This document shows, piece after piece, positions 1 to 15,138 of a stretch of 64,000 nucleotides of DNA. The first letter of the stretch is position 1, and every line of letters starts with the position of its first letter. Source of the DNA: the human T2T-CHM13v2.0 reference genome, Homo sapiens; NCBI RefSeq assembly GCF_009914755.1, contig NC_060935.1; one strand, written 5' to 3'. Under the pieces are notes generated by a model. That model saw only the letters and a program-made list of their open reading frames with translations, was not told the origin of the DNA and searched no databases. The position numbers were made by a program, and so were the translations under genes.

Positions 1-299
<299 letters not shown>

Positions 300-2644
300 G
301 GAGGGAACACCTGCATTGGGAAAACCAGTGTGTAGCAGAAACGGGCAGCATCACAGCAGGTCTGGTTCTTTTCTGCTGGTGGTTGTGATCCAGCTGCCCT
401 GACCAAGGATGGTGGCCTCAATGCTCCCAGCACTCTTGAGGGAAGATGGAACGAGGAACCACTCTAGGTTCACCCAACAAGGCCTTTGGGGAAACTGATG
501 AGGACCCGGGAAGATGCACTTGTCCGTGAAGGATATCTTAGGACCCAACTACCAAGCATCAACATCTCTAAATTGGACCCTCCAAAATGTGGTCCTTCTG
601 CTAGAAAGCATGAGTACTCATTCCCCTTCCAAGAGCCACTGGAACCCTGAGCTTGAGGTTAAAAGAGCTCAGGATTTGGCCCTCAGGCCTGGGAGGTTCT
701 TCTAGCCTCTGAAGTTTCTCAAACTGAGCCTTTCCAATCAGTCTCCCAGATGGGAGTGACTGGGATGTTGACTAAGAGGTGGTTTAATTAGCTGCAGCGC
801 CTTCAGGCACTAGGCAGAAACTGGGTGAGGTGCTGTATACCTTAGCCAGGACTGGGTCTTTTTATCACACTTTACAACTGCTTTTCTTCAGTGCAGTCTG
901 TCTCTTTTTTCTTCCTTCTAGACTGAGCAGCCAACCAGGCAATGTAGCATCAATCCCAAGCAAGAAGGCAAGTCACTACCATGACCTTGCAAATTGCAAG
1001 ATTTACCATGGCAGGCATTCAAAACGCCACACAATTCTTTTGTGAGATGATGTTTAAGAGCTTCCTCAAAGGTTCCCTGGAGACCTTCAAAGTCACCCAC
1101 TTCTGGCTCCCAGAGACCCAAATTTCCTCCTTGAGAGAACTATCCCTTTGGATTCCACCCAAGGACCCAGATTTAAGCCAGAAACTCACGGAAAAAGCAA
1201 CCCATTCACTGACACCTTAGTATAAAGGAGATTCTCAATCCATCCCCCAAAATAGAATTGTCTGGAGGAACCCCTTAATATAGGTCCTGGACAGAACCCT
1301 ATCTGGAAGCCAGACAAAAGGAGATGTCAAAACATAAATGACGTAAACTTTGCTAACTGCATACCATTGCCAGGATCAGTCTTGAAGTCAACCGTGTTTG
1401 AAATTCTGAGGCCTCCACAGCGTTTCTTGAATGCTAGCAATTTTATTCTCCTTTTTTTCCTTTTTAATCCAGATGCTCATTTCACATGAGTGTGCAGTTT
1501 GTGGAAATTAATCACACTATTCATGTAAGATTTGTGTGCTTTTTTGTCTGAGTGCTAAACTTGAGCTAAAGTTGAAAAATAGGCAAATTAAATTATGGTG
1601 TTAGAAGTAAATACATATAGTATATCTATCTTTGGCCTTAAATGGCTGATTCCCATACTGGTGGATTTCCCAGCAAAAGAACAGGTACTAATTTTGCCCA
1701 AAGAACACCTTATACTTTGGGAACATGTAAACATCTCCTTCAGATGAGGCAAAACAGCGGGGCCTTAAGGTAGTCCAGGTTATAACAGAGTGACCTCACT
1801 GGCCAAAGAAGAAGTTTGTGGCCTTCATCTTCCTTCTACTCTTCCATGCCCATAACAGCAAAGAACTCTCATACATTTCCTTTCTTGTCTTCCATAACAG
1901 GAACCCAAGCAGACTCTTCTCCTTGTGTTCATCTTTCAATCGTAAATAATAACCAACATTTCATCAGTTTAACTTTCTAACAAATAAGCTAATAATAACA
2001 TTTGTGTCGTTTAAAAAGCGTTTTTGCATTCATCAAGAGTTAATGACATCCCGGAGAGGGAAGGATTATTCTATCTTAGAAATGAAAAGACAGAAGCTCC
2101 AGAAGATTCTGAAACTTGCCCAAGCTCATGAAGCTTGGAAGTAGCAGAGTTAAACCTGTGCTGTGGTTCTGCAGCAAAGTTAAACCTGTGCTGTCCTTTG
2201 CCTTTGAGTCCAGTGTTTTATGGGTATACTCTTTCTTGGGGTATTTACAGAGCAATGGACATGTTAGAACTACCATCTACACCAAGGCACTAGGTAGCTA
2301 CTTATGAGACTTGCATTCTAGCACATGGAGAGGGAAGATAGAGAGAGGAAGTGCTGCTAAATGAGAGAAAAGGCAAAGTGAGCTCTGGGGAGCTATGGCC
2401 TTGTTGTCTGTCTTGGACAATATATGCTGCTGGTGCCATGGCCCCAGATGTACCATCATAAGAAAATGGCATCCACTCAACTGACTCCTCCCTTCAGGCA
2501 ACGAGGGCACACAGGAACCATCCTATTCCCACTGACTCAGCCAGCACTTGCTGCTGTGAAATAACCTCAAGGGTTCACTCCAACTCTGGTTCTTCACCGG
2601 GAAGGACTCCCCCATCAGAGGGACCCTAATGTCTGGTAACTGGT

Positions 2645-2900
2645 AATAATAAGAATAATGATGGTGACAATAATGATGACAGCAGCTAACATTTACTCAA
2701 AACTAACTTCACACCAGGTATTTTTCTAAGTCTTCTTATATATGAACTTATTGATTTCTCACAATAACCTCAGGAGATAGGTACTACTATCAGCAACTTT
2801 TACTGAAGGAAAAATGAAGTCATTGAATGGTTAAGTTACTTGCTCAATGTCACAAATGTAATGGATGGTAGAGCTAGGATTTGATCCCTGTCAGTCCTGG
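2645..2900 (-). mobile_element. MIR
   Basis: 'gctaacatttact..ctcacaataacctcaggagataggtactactat..ggttaagttacttgctcaatgtcaca'. Confidence 0.75.
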
Positions 2901-3235
2901 ACTTGGAAAAACTGGTCAGCCCACTCTCCCTCCAGCCCGAGAAAACTTGCTCTTTATATTAGGCAATTTCATGCTAGCAATAGACATCGACACTGAACAT
3001 TTGGCCAAAAGAGTGATTTTGCTGTTGGGGGATGGGAAGGATCCCAGAGAGAAGAAAGTTAACACCTAGTCCAAACCAGAGCCTGATCCAAGAGCTACAT
3101 ACAACAGTCATGGAACCCTAGAATTTCTGGACTAGAGAGTCTTCCTGTCCCCTCTCAGCCTCTGGACAAATGATTATCTGGTCTAGTGGCCCCAACTCTG
3201 TCTCTGGATCACTTGTTAAAAATACAGATCTCCAA

Positions 3236-3887
3236 AACTTATGTCCACACAAAACACTGCACAGGGATATTTATAGCAGCTTTATTTATAATTCCCAAAA
3301 CTTGGAAGCAACCTAGACATCCTTCAGTGGGCAAATGGATAAACCATGGTACATGCAGACAATGCAATATTATTCAGCACTGAAAAGAAATGAACTATCT
3401 ATCCAAAAAAAGACATGGAGGAAAAATAAATGCATATTACTAAGTGGGAGAAGCCAATTTGAAAAGGCTACATACTGTATGATTCCAACTATATGACATT
3501 CTGGAAAAGGCAAAACTATGGAGGGGCATGGTGCTGAATAGGTGAAGCACGGAGGATTTTTTAAGGCAATGAAAATACTTTGTATGTTACTATAATGGTA
3601 AATACACATCATCATACATTTGTCCAAACCCATGAATGTACAACACCAAGAGCCAACCCTAATGTAAACTAAGCACTCTGCATGATAATGAGGTATCAAT
3701 GTAAGTTCATCGCTTGTGATAAATGTACCACTCTGGTGGGTGATGTTGACAGTTGGGGAGGCTGCACCTGAATGTGAGCAGGGGTATATGGGAACTCTCT
3801 GTACTTTCCACTCAATTTTCCTGTAAAACTAAAACTACTCTTTAAAAAACAGCATATTAAATAAAAACAAACAAAACAAAGCACAAA
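3236..3887 (+). mobile_element. L1M (L1MC-like) 3' end inserted in a MER5-like element
   Basis: 'cttatgtccacacaaaac..gtatgattccaactatatgacattctggaaaaggcaaaactatg..gggaactctctgtactttcc'; TSD ACAGATCTCCAA at 3224-3235 and 3888-3899. Confidence 0.85.
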
Positions 3888-4179
3888 ACAGATCTCCAAG
3901 CCCCATCCCTGAATATTCCAATTCATCACATCTGGATGGGGCCTAGACCTCTGGGCTTTTGCAAAAGCACCCAGATGACACTGTTGCAGCTAATCCACAT
4001 ACCAATGTCTGGTCAATGCCTGAACAGTTGCAGTGCAGGGCAGCTTATCACTTCTACTCTAACCATCCCGCCGTTGGATAGCTTTGACTATTAAGAAGCC
4101 CTTCCTTTATGGTGAGCCTATATCTGTTTCCCTGCAGCTTTTACCCACAGGTTATTTTTCTATCCTGTGGAGCTACCTA

Positions 4180-4410
4180 ATAATAACAGTTGCCATCAGA
4201 CAATGTACTGGATGCTTTACATGCATTATTTCATTGACTTCCCACAACACTCTCACAAGATAGCTACTATTATTAGTCCTTCTTTATAGATGAAAAACTG
4301 GAGGTCAGAGAGAGGAGCACATTTGCTCCAAGTCAGGCAGTTGGTGAGTAGATGAGCTGGGATGGCAACCCAGCTTGGCCTGAACAAGGTGCACACACTT
4401 AATCACGACA
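4180..4410 (-). mobile_element. MIR
   Basis: 'tttatagatgaaaaactggaggtcagagag'. Confidence 0.7.
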
Positions 4411-4786
4411 CTTACAGAAAATGAAGCTGAATCCCTTCTCCATCTACCAACCTTTGAGGCATATGAAGTTTCTGCTCAGGGTTTTCTCTTCTCCCAAGTT
4501 TGTCACTATCCTGGTTAAAGCACCTCAAGCTACTTACTTGCCTGTGCCTCCCAGACCTGCACACAACCTTCCAGGTAAGGGCTGGTCACTTCCCCACTCC
4601 CCTAAGCCCATCAAAGACTGCCTTTCTCACTTTCAACCTCCAGCACGTCAGATTCTACCAGAGCTGAGGCTTCTGCCCTGCCTTTGAAAAACTGAAGGGC
4701 ATAGGTAATTTCACAGTAGAGAAAGAAGGTGGTAGGGAGTACTGGTAATGAATAGAACCATTTATTGACTTTTTATTCTGTACCAG

Positions 4787-5296
4787 TGATAGGTAGAGTA
4801 ATGCCCCAACAAATGTCCATGTCCTAATCCCCAGAACCTGTGGATGTGTCAGATTACATGGCAAAGGGGCTCTAAGGCTGCAGGTGCAAAGAAGGTTGCT
4901 AATCAGCTGACCTCAAGATAGGGAGATGCGCCTGAATTCTCCAGGTGGGACCAGTGGAATCACAGGGGTTCTTATGCATGAAAAAGGGAAACAGAAAAGA
5001 AAGAACTGAAGGATGGCAGCATGACAAAGACACAGCCCAATGTTGCTGGCTCTAAAGATAAAGGAAAGGGCCAGGAGCCAAGGCATGTGAGAAGCTTCTA
5101 GAAACTGGCAAAGGCAAGGAAACAGACTCCTCCTCCGAGCCTCCAGAAAAGAATGCAGCCCTGCTGACACCTTGATTTTAGCCCAGTGAGACCCAACTCA
5201 GATTTCTGGCCTCCAGAACTATATGATAATAAGTTGTCTTGTCTTAAGCCTCTTGATTTGTGATCATTTGTTACTGCAACAATGGGAAACTAAGGT
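4787..5296 (+). mobile_element. MLT1D-like MaLR solo LTR
   Basis: 'gtccatgtcctaatccccagaacctgtg..gttgctaatcagctgacct..gctgacaccttgattttagcccagtgagaccc..ttctggcctccagaact'. Confidence 0.88.
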
Positions 5297-7431
5297 AGTA
5301 CCAGACCTTATGCTACACTATCTCATTTGTTGTTTACAAAAAGCCTCAGCAGAAGGTGATAGACATAGAGAGTTTCCTGTCCACACCCACACCTCTGCTG
5401 CTTCTAGAAATCTGCTCAGAGAAGCAGCATGCTCAGCCAGACACTGCTTCTCAGCCTCCCTTCCTGAGATGTAGGCTGAAGTGTTCTGCTCCTCCCTTCC
5501 TCACTTCCTCCTGCCCTAGAGAAATGCAGACCAAAGTAACATCTTTCTCTCTTTAGCTAATCACGTGTTTAAAAGGCTCAGCAACACCATGCCTCTAAAT
5601 GGCTTCCATCGCCCATGGAAGCCTTTCAAGGCCTCCCAGAGGACTTGTGCAGTTCTTTACTTTGGTTCCTTCTAATGAGCTGCTAAATTTGTGGCTATTG
5701 AAAGTGAACTAAACATCCAGTCCCTGTTGATCCCAGCAGTCCAGTCAGTTTACTGACTGCCCAACTGCTTCTCAACTAGTTTGATCTGCTAAATTTACAA
5801 GTGATAAACTGAGCCATCCAGTCACCCCTGAAGGGTAATGTTCTCACCAGGAGAATTTCTTCTTAAGAGAAGAATGTATATTTATCACTCTGGTAGCTTG
5901 TGGAGACAGGCTGGTTCACAGGGCTTTGTGCTGATATGGCACAGTCCACAAGTGCAATACATCCTCTTGCACGATCCATTCTCTTCCCACCTTTTCCATA
6001 CACAGATGCAGTTCGTGGTGTTTGGGGAATATTTTACTTCGCACATTCGAACCTGAAATCTTAAGTGACTCTTTGATGTTGTCTCTTCGAATAATCTTTT
6101 CCTGAGCCCCCAATCTACTTTTCATGCCTCTGAGATCTTAACGTTGCACAATTCATCACATTCATATGGTTTGCCTCTCCCACTAGGCCTTAGACTCTGT
6201 GAAGGAAGGGCCATACATCTATCCCTGGGCCCTGTCCATGTTAGGTGTTTAATAAGAATTTTTGAGAGACTAGTGATTTGGAGGTACTAAGGGGACCCAA
6301 GTCTGCAGGGACTGGGAGGTGCCTCTGACAGCGAGTGGCAGGACCTTATCAGCTTAAGCATCTCCCATGGAGATGGCTTTGGACAGAAGCCTAAACAAAG
6401 CACAAGGAAAGGATCAGGAAACCTGAAGTCCACCAGAAGCTCCAACTAATGTTTAGTGACCTTGCCAAAAGCAACTAGGGCTTCTAATTACCACAAGTGA
6501 TCATGACTTGAATTTTTATGCACTTCCTGAAGTCATTCCAGCAGCACCACGTCTCCTCAACAGCCTGGAAGTGGTGATGATGTGGTATGTTGGCTACCGG
6601 GTCATCAATACCACTTAATTCCTTAGCAACTGAGGTGAAAAGCCTTCATCCCAAGTGCCTTGGAAGAAAGGCTTGTTCCTGCTCAACTCGTAAAGTCTCA
6701 AATTTATGCTAAGGATAGTTTCTCGCCGAGTGACTTATCAGGTTGACTCTTAAATTATGACATCAAAGCAAGGAACATGTCCTGTTTTTATTTGAATCCT
6801 CTATATAATGACATGTACAATGCCAGGCACCTAATAGGTGTTCAGCAAAAGCTGGTAGATTGAATTATGTATATGACAAAATTAAGACAGAGGGGTCAAA
6901 TAAGACTTACAGATAAGTCCAGATGAGATCTCTGGACTCAAATATATTCTAGGGCTTTGAGTTAACACAGAAATGGCAGGGTTTTTTTGCCATGGACAAT
7001 CATGCTTTCTTCCTCCATCCTCCCTCTCCCCATCTGCCCTGAACACACACTCAGCCCATTGTCCTTTATCTGAGAGCAGATTCGACTCCACAGTTCCTTA
7101 GGGGAGAAATTGTTTTTGTATTTTATGGGGAGAAAGGGAAGAAGTCTGCAGCACACGCTACCTAGAGAACATGCAATACAATTTCATTATAAGCAAATTT
7201 GTTCTTCCTCCCCATACTCTTCAGAGTCTCTCTCCTCTTTCTCTTTTACTTCAGTTCTCGCTCTTAACTTCCTTAGCCCACTGAGCTAAACCTGGTGGAT
7301 CTTCAAACAACTGCCAACTGTTCCTCAGGTTGGCTCCCTGGAGTGGTCTCATTCCCCATCCGCACACAGCTGATCAAGTATTCACTCTCCGAACAGGTCT
7401 CTTTCGCAGCTACTCAAAAAACATAACCTTT

Positions 7432-7789
<358 letters not shown>

Positions 7790-7946
7790 CTATATTGTTA
7801 TACCAAAATTAACAGATGTCACAGAATTTATTCACCTTAAGATAAGGATTCCTTTTCTTTATTGCTAAGCTAAATAAGCAGTAACTTTAACAATGTTAAT
7901 GACGAAGAGTTGGAAATTTATTCTAAAACCCTTTAATTTATAGTAA

Positions 7947-8283
<337 letters not shown>

Positions 8284-9126
8284 CATTTAAGTTTTTCTTA
8301 AGTAAACTTCAATGCACTTTGTTTCAGTATTATTATTGAAAGTTACTAAAGGGTTTTGTCCACTTATAATTATGAAACCTAGATCCCTGAGTGGCAACAA
8401 TCAGATAGAACTAAGAAGTGATTGTCCCTTAGATAGGCATGGATTTTCCAGTCTGCCACAGTCCCCACCATCCCTTATTGTCTCCTTGACACCAATGCGA
8501 AGTGTCAATTACTATTTATCATCAGGCTTCCATTGCTGTCTTTCTGAAGAGAGTGTTAAGAGGAAAGCAAACTGTTTCCTGATTTCATGTGCATACCTGC
8601 CTGGCTCTCATTAAGTTAGCAGCCCCTGTCCCTTTTGGTTCCATCATTGTACAGATGGGAGCTTTCTTCATATGCTTAAGTAAAATCTTCAAAAAAGGAA
8701 TGAAAATTTATTCACCAGGCTACAAGCAGGTAGGGAGTGATTTAACAGAGCGAATCACGTTGTTGTTACTAAAGATGTCACATAATTTACAACTTTGAGC
8801 AAAGGTTCCCAGGGGACAGGTGTGAAAACAAAAGCAAGTGATGCGTCATCTCACCTTCCTGAGAGCAGGCAGAGGCAGTGCTTTAAGAATCATTGATGAC
8901 TGACTAGCAGGTTACAGCGGGTGGAGGAGGGCTTCACTATCTTCTCTGCATGGCCCCTTATTATCAGTAGCCCCAAGATTAGAACTCTCTAGAGCAATGA
9001 CTAGAGAGCAATGCTCAAATGCTGAGACATGACTTCAGCCTTTTCTTTACCAGTCTACTTTGGGGGGCAGGATGTGAAGATTTGGTGAGTTGGACTCACA
9101 GCTTGTAGAGTCTGGCTGGAGAGCAA

Positions 9127-9176
9127 TTTTGTTTTGTTTTGTTTTGTTTTGTTTTGTTTTGTTTTGTTTTGTTTTG
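9127..9176. repeat. (GTTTT)n microsatellite
   Basis: About 9-10 pure units. Confidence 0.95.
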
Positions 9177-9983
9177 CAACATCCCTTAAGACAGACGTTT
9201 TGTACAATATGAGAAGTGACTGTTAGTCATTTTACAGATGAGAAAGCAAAGTTAAGTAACTTTTCCATTGTCGGGTAGCTAGGAGTAGACAGCTGGGAAT
9301 CACACCTTGGTCTGTCTTCATCCAAACCCAACCCCTTTTCATTACAATATGGCAGCTGAAAGAACCTGATACTTTAAGATGAGAATAACATTCTTCAATA
9401 TTTCTTTATTTACAGCATCATAGACATAGCCTTCAATTGTCCAAAGTAGTTAAGAGTGTATGCATTGATGGGGGGGAAGTGTGTGTATTGTTGTGTATTG
9501 TTGTATTTTGCCACTCTCAAGCAAACTTCTCCTCCAGTCTCATCAACATACCCAACCTCAACCTCATAGCTGCTAATTCTTCACAAATACCCATAAAACC
9601 TATCTATTGAAAGCTATATTTCCCCCAAGATATTGGCCATATAGGCAGCTTCAGGCCAAGTTCTTTCAAACTTCAGCCATAGCAACCGCAATTGCACAAC
9701 CAAGGGCAGCTGTGATGAAGTCACGGGGAACAAATTAGCAGAGGTCCCAGTACTCCTCTGGCCTGTAATCACTCATCACCTCAGACTGTGTTGATGATCC
9801 AGACCCTGGGCATGCCATTTAGCTGAACTCTATAGCTGAAGGAAATGCTCAGGAAAGGATTTTTAATTTGAGATTTTCCTTTGAATAATGTGAGGCTTCA
9901 TTTTTTGGAGAAAGGAAGACAGTCTATCATGAGTTACTACCAGGGTCTTCACAACAATGCCAAGCAAAATCTGATCCAGTCTC

Positions 9984-10191
<208 letters not shown>

Positions 10192-10251
10192 AAAATCTGA
10201 TCCAGTCTCTTCAGACATCCTCCCACAGAAGATGCTGAAAAAAGGTTTCTT

Positions 10252-10650
10252 ATATGGTACAAATACACAATGGAATACTATGCAGCCATAAAAAGGAATA
10301 AGATCATCTCCTTCAGAGGGACATGAATTGAGCTGGAAGCCATTATCCTCATCAAACTAATACAGGAACAGAAAACCAAACACCACATGTTTTCACTTAT
10401 AAGCAGGAGCTGAACAATGAGAACACATGGACACAGGGAGGGGAACAACACACACTGGGCCTCTCAGGGGGTGGGGTGGGTGGGGGTAGAGCATTAGGAA
10501 AAATAGCTAATGCATGCTGGGCTTAATACTTAGGTGATGGGTTGATAAGTGCAACAAACCGCTATGGCACAGGTTTACCTATGTAACAAACCTGCACATC
10601 CTGCACATGTACCCCACAACTAAAATTAAAATTAAAATTAAAAAGAGAAG
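10252..10650 (+). mobile_element. Older L1PA 3' end, 5'-truncated
   Basis: ORF2 end and 3'UTR with G-rich tract, ending 'aacaaacctgcacatcctgcacatgtacccc'; 15-bp TSD GAAAAAAGGTTTCTT at 10237-10251 and 10651-10665. Confidence 0.92.
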
Positions 10651-11092
10651 GAAAAAAGGTTTCTTGATGATCTCTATCTAGAACCCTTTGAAGGTGACCC
10701 AATCAGCTCATTAATTGTTTGCTCTTGAATACTTGCTTTCACCCAATGGGCTTTGATATTAATAACAGTATTGATTATACTCTCAACATTTATGGAACAT
10801 ACTAGCTCTGAGATAAGTGGTTTCCTTTGTTTGATCCTCACAACAACAATTCTATAAGCAAGTAGGAGGAAGGAACAAACAGATAGAGTGCTATTATTAT
10901 CCTCATTTTATAGACAAGGAACTAAGGCCACCAATGTGCCTAAAATGACCTAGTAAGCATCAGAATCACATAGCTAAACCTACATTGGCCCAAATCCAAG
11001 ACTTTAGTTTGTAGGACTATGCTCAAGTAACTAGGCAGCCAATTCAAATACTCCATCCTCCAATTTTATATTTATAAATTACAAGCACTCAC

Positions 11093-11190
11093 AGCCGGGG
11101 TCAGCAACTCATGGCTTTCCATATGGCCCATGAAGCCTAAAATATTTACTCTTTAGCCCTTTACAGAAAAATGTTTTCTGACCCTTGGCC
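11093..11190 (+). mobile_element. Internally deleted MER58-like element
   Basis: 'ggggtcagcaac..gcctaaaatatttact..ccctttacagaaaaatgttttctgaccc'. Confidence 0.65.
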
Positions 11191-12382
11191 TAGAACAGTA
11201 AACCAAATCCCAAATTTTCCATTCAGTGTACTGAGGTCTCTGTAGTACTTGGGACCAGCAGATTCCATAACATTTTTTAACTCAAGAAAAATATTTATTT
11301 GCATTGATTTATGTAAATGACCCTGAGTGATGAAAGTTGGAAATAAATTTGGGGAAAAAAAGAGCTAAAGAGTTGTGGTTGTAAAATATCCACCTCCTAA
11401 ACTACTGCAGAGCTGCTGGTTAACCAAAATCCAGGGAGGGTTTTGCCAGAATCATGAAGAATTTTATGAATGGGTCTACACTGAGTACAGAGAAAAGTGC
11501 CCACAGGCCTCTCTGTATCCATGTTGATGGGGGATTAAAGAAGACTCCTCCTACCAACATCCAGCCAAACAGAAGACTAGCTGTTTAAATGGCTGCCAGC
11601 ATGCTAAGCGAATAGAAATAGTGACAAAGAGGGTAGTCAGAAAGGCAGTGAGTAACTATTCATTGTTTTCAAACGTGGCGAGAGGTGTTTGGTAATCTTT
11701 GTGTAAAACAGACATCTGAGTCATCTCAGCAGCAGGGAGTTCTCATGAGTCATATAACACATGCTAGTCACAAATCAGGTCTTTCCACCAGTTCAGGAAT
11801 ATTACCAACAGTATCACCACACTACTCAGTATGGATCCAAAACTCAAGGAATATCTATCTAACTACACCTGCATGTTCAAATGTACTAGATGTACCATGG
11901 TATAACAGGTGTACCATGGGTGTACCAGTAGGTGTAAACAGACTCTACCTATAGGGTAGAGTCCTTTAAGGTTGCAGAAGAAACAGCTGCAAACTCCAAA
12001 ACTGCCCCAGCTTGCTGTGTGAACTTGTGCATGTGCTGCCTCTTATCTGAGCCTAAGACTCATCTATAAAATGAGATGTTTGAGTTGGATGCCTCTCCCC
12101 TGCCTTCCAGCTCTATGAGTATGTGGAGGGGAAGCTCCACCAACAGTTTAGAAACAGTCCTGGAATACACTGCTGACTTATGACTCATAATTCATCATAT
12201 CTCATTATCTAATTAGTATTATAATTACCATCAACATTATCATTGTTATTATCCTTAGTATAGCATAAATAATAACAATATAATAATAACTAGCATTTCT
12301 TAAGTGCTTTGCATGTGCCAGATCTTATTTGTTCAGGTCTCTAGAATATGTGGGACAAGAAGATTGTAGTATCTGCATAGAT

Positions 12383-12585
12383 CAGGAGTTGGCAAACTAC
12401 AGCCATGGGCCAAATCCAGTCAACAGCCCATTTTTATAAACAAGGTTTTATTAGAACACAGCGAAGCCTATTGTTTACCTATTGTCTACGGTTACTTTTG
12501 CACTCCAAGAGCAGAGTTGAGTAATTGCAACAGAAACCCTAAAATATTTATCTGACCCTTTACAGAAAACACTTGTTGACCCCCT
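12383..12585 (+). mobile_element. MER58A-like hAT-Charlie
   Basis: 'caggagttggcaaactacagcc..ttttattagaacacagc..ccctttacagaaaa..tgacccc'. Confidence 0.8.
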
Positions 12586-12609
12586 TCTTTTAGACCCTAC
12601 ATAACAAAT

Positions 12610-13110
12610 CTGTTGTTTTTTGCCTCCCTAGTGTCTGCTTGCTACTCTTTTGGTTCTATCCTCTCGACTTCTCAGGGCAATTCCCCTTCTAACTCCCGTC
12701 CCTATGGTTTGGATGGAACTGACCCATGCCCATCTCAGGACTGGTGAATCAGGATACTCTATCCTCATAACCACATAGATTTGTGGGTGATCATGTGGAC
12801 CAAGTTGGTCCAGTGAGATATAGTCCTAAGACTTTGGCTAGAAAAAGTGGGAAGGAGGAGCTCTTCTTTGCTGAGGTTTCTTAGCTGCTAGGATGTGTCC
12901 AGAGCTGCCGGGAGCTTATAAGGGAATGACCTGCCTTTGTTTGAGGACAAGGAGATATGGAAAGAGAATCAGTCCTAATAATAAGATTTTAGCTCCTAGA
13001 TCCAGATACACCTAAAGTTATCTCTAGACTCTTTGGTTAACAAGCTGATATATTCTCTAGTTCACTTAAGTCAGACTAAGGTAGGCTTCCCTCACTTGCA
13101 ACTAAAACAA
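12610..13110 (+). mobile_element. Old MLT1 (K/L-like) LTR
   Basis: Degenerate MLT1-type motifs ('gatcatgtggaccaagttggtccagtgaga', 'ctcctagatccag', 'cacttgcaactaaa'). Confidence 0.55.
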
Positions 13111-15138
13111 AACAGTCCTTTGAAATAGACACAATTACTTTACCCACTAAGATACACCTGATCAAGATCACATAACCAGTAAGTGGCAGAGGCTAGGACC
13201 CAGGTCTCCACTGAGCTTTTCAAGATGAAGGGGTCAGCATCTAGAGCTCTCTAGAAGATCTGGCTAGAAGCAGGGACACAACCAACGGGTGATTTTCCTG
13301 TCTTTGAATTGCTCTCTAAAGGGCAATTCTTTGGGGGATCATCTTGTTTTCTACTTATGACTGTCCCATGGCAAGACCCAGTAGAGTACTGGCTTCTCAT
13401 GCAGTAATTTGGGGCAAGTTATGACAAAGAGTGATGTCATAGCCATTTGTCAGCTCTTCATTCTTGCCATTTAACTGGGAAAAATTTTTGCTGGGGAGAA
13501 ATTTGACCTCCCTCTGTTGGGATATTTAGTCATTCAGCAAGAAACATGGAATCAGGGAATCTCAATGCGGTGAACAAGATTGTGGGTCAGGGCCCTTCTG
13601 TGTCAAGGAGTCAGTCAGGACAGATTTTGCTGAAGAAGAGATTTCATAAAATCAAACCTAACTGGAACTATCCGTTCCACAGGGCATCTTCTTATACTCT
13701 GCTTTGAAGGGGACAGACTCCAGAAGGAAACATGCAGTGCAGGGTATGGAAACAGAATCTCTCAGGGAGATGTTTGGTTAGTGTGTGGCTCAATGTTACA
13801 CCTTTACCAGCTGGAGGACCTTATCATGAGGACTGGGTTTCAGATAGGGATCCTGGTGACTCACAGGACCCTCTGTCAGGGGTCCACTGGTCTCAACACA
13901 CCACATCAAATGAGAGAATGGATTCAAGCATTTTTTAATGATTTTCAACCATGAGAGTTGAGCATAAGTTGGATGGGCAGATGGATGGATGGAGGGATGG
14001 ATATTGGACACACAGAAGATTGATAAGCACAAATATATACATGTATAATTGTATATATAGAGATTACAAGTAATATTTCTGGAAAGATCACAGAATATTG
14101 CTGAGAGTAGCAGCTTCTAGGGAGAACTGAGAAAATGGGTATCTCAAATGAGAGGGTGACTCACAGATCACTGTATTCTCCTTAGCTCTGTTTAAATGTT
14201 TTCCTATGTGCATTTATTGCTTTTTCAATGTTAGGATTAAAAATAAGAGGGAATTATCAAAAATATATTTAATGACAAAGCCCTCTTGGCTTCATCCCTC
14301 AATGACCCTAAAATTTAAATGACCAAAACCCCATTTCCTCAGGCTTTCTTGTTAAGCTTTTTTCCTTGAGGCTTTGTAATACCAGCCATGCAGACACACT
14401 GACATGAGCTCTCTGCTCACGTGTCACTTCTCTGAGCAGAGAGAAGAAGCAACGGGACCCAGCTCATGTCAGGAAAAGATGTTACATGAGACCTGTTCCT
14501 TTGGTGTCTGCCCCAACTCAGTGCCAAGCCAGAGGTAAAGGGCAAAGGGTGATAGGAAGGAGTCCAAAATACAGGCCACAAAGGCCTCTAGTCCATCTGG
14601 GCACTGCTGGAGCCAGGGCAGGGCAACGCTGGCACAGAGATAAAAGGGCTGTCCACAGTCTGGCCTCTAAGGGACTTGAAGTCCATGGAATGATCTGAGC
14701 TCCCTATCTGCTTTAGTATAGTCAGTGGACAATGTCTATCACTTCAAAAGAATAGGACATGAAACAGAGCTGTCCTGCACAATTCTGAATCACACACATA
14801 TTCTTTAGGAAGAACCTGTGTCTGGCTTTAAAGCCTACTTCTACCCCTTTCTAGCTGTATGATCCTCAGCCACTCACTTTAGTCCCTGAGAGCTTCAGTT
14901 TCCTTGTCCATACAAAGGAAAAAGATTGTAGCGTAAATTAGATGGGATCACTTCCATTAAGTGCCAACTACAAAGAAGCAATCAGTATTGGCCTGGTTCC
15001 CCCCTCCCCTTTGGCATCTCAGAAGTAAAGGGAATGCTTTTTTAAAGAATTTATTGATTGAAAGATACAACAGAAAACTAAATGAACTTTCTTAGAAAAC
15101 TGTGCAGACACTGAAGTGAGACCCAGCTTCTCTGGACT

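Noticed and set aside
10466-10486. Strong G-quadruplex motif
   Set aside because: It is the standard G-rich tract of the L1 3'UTR.
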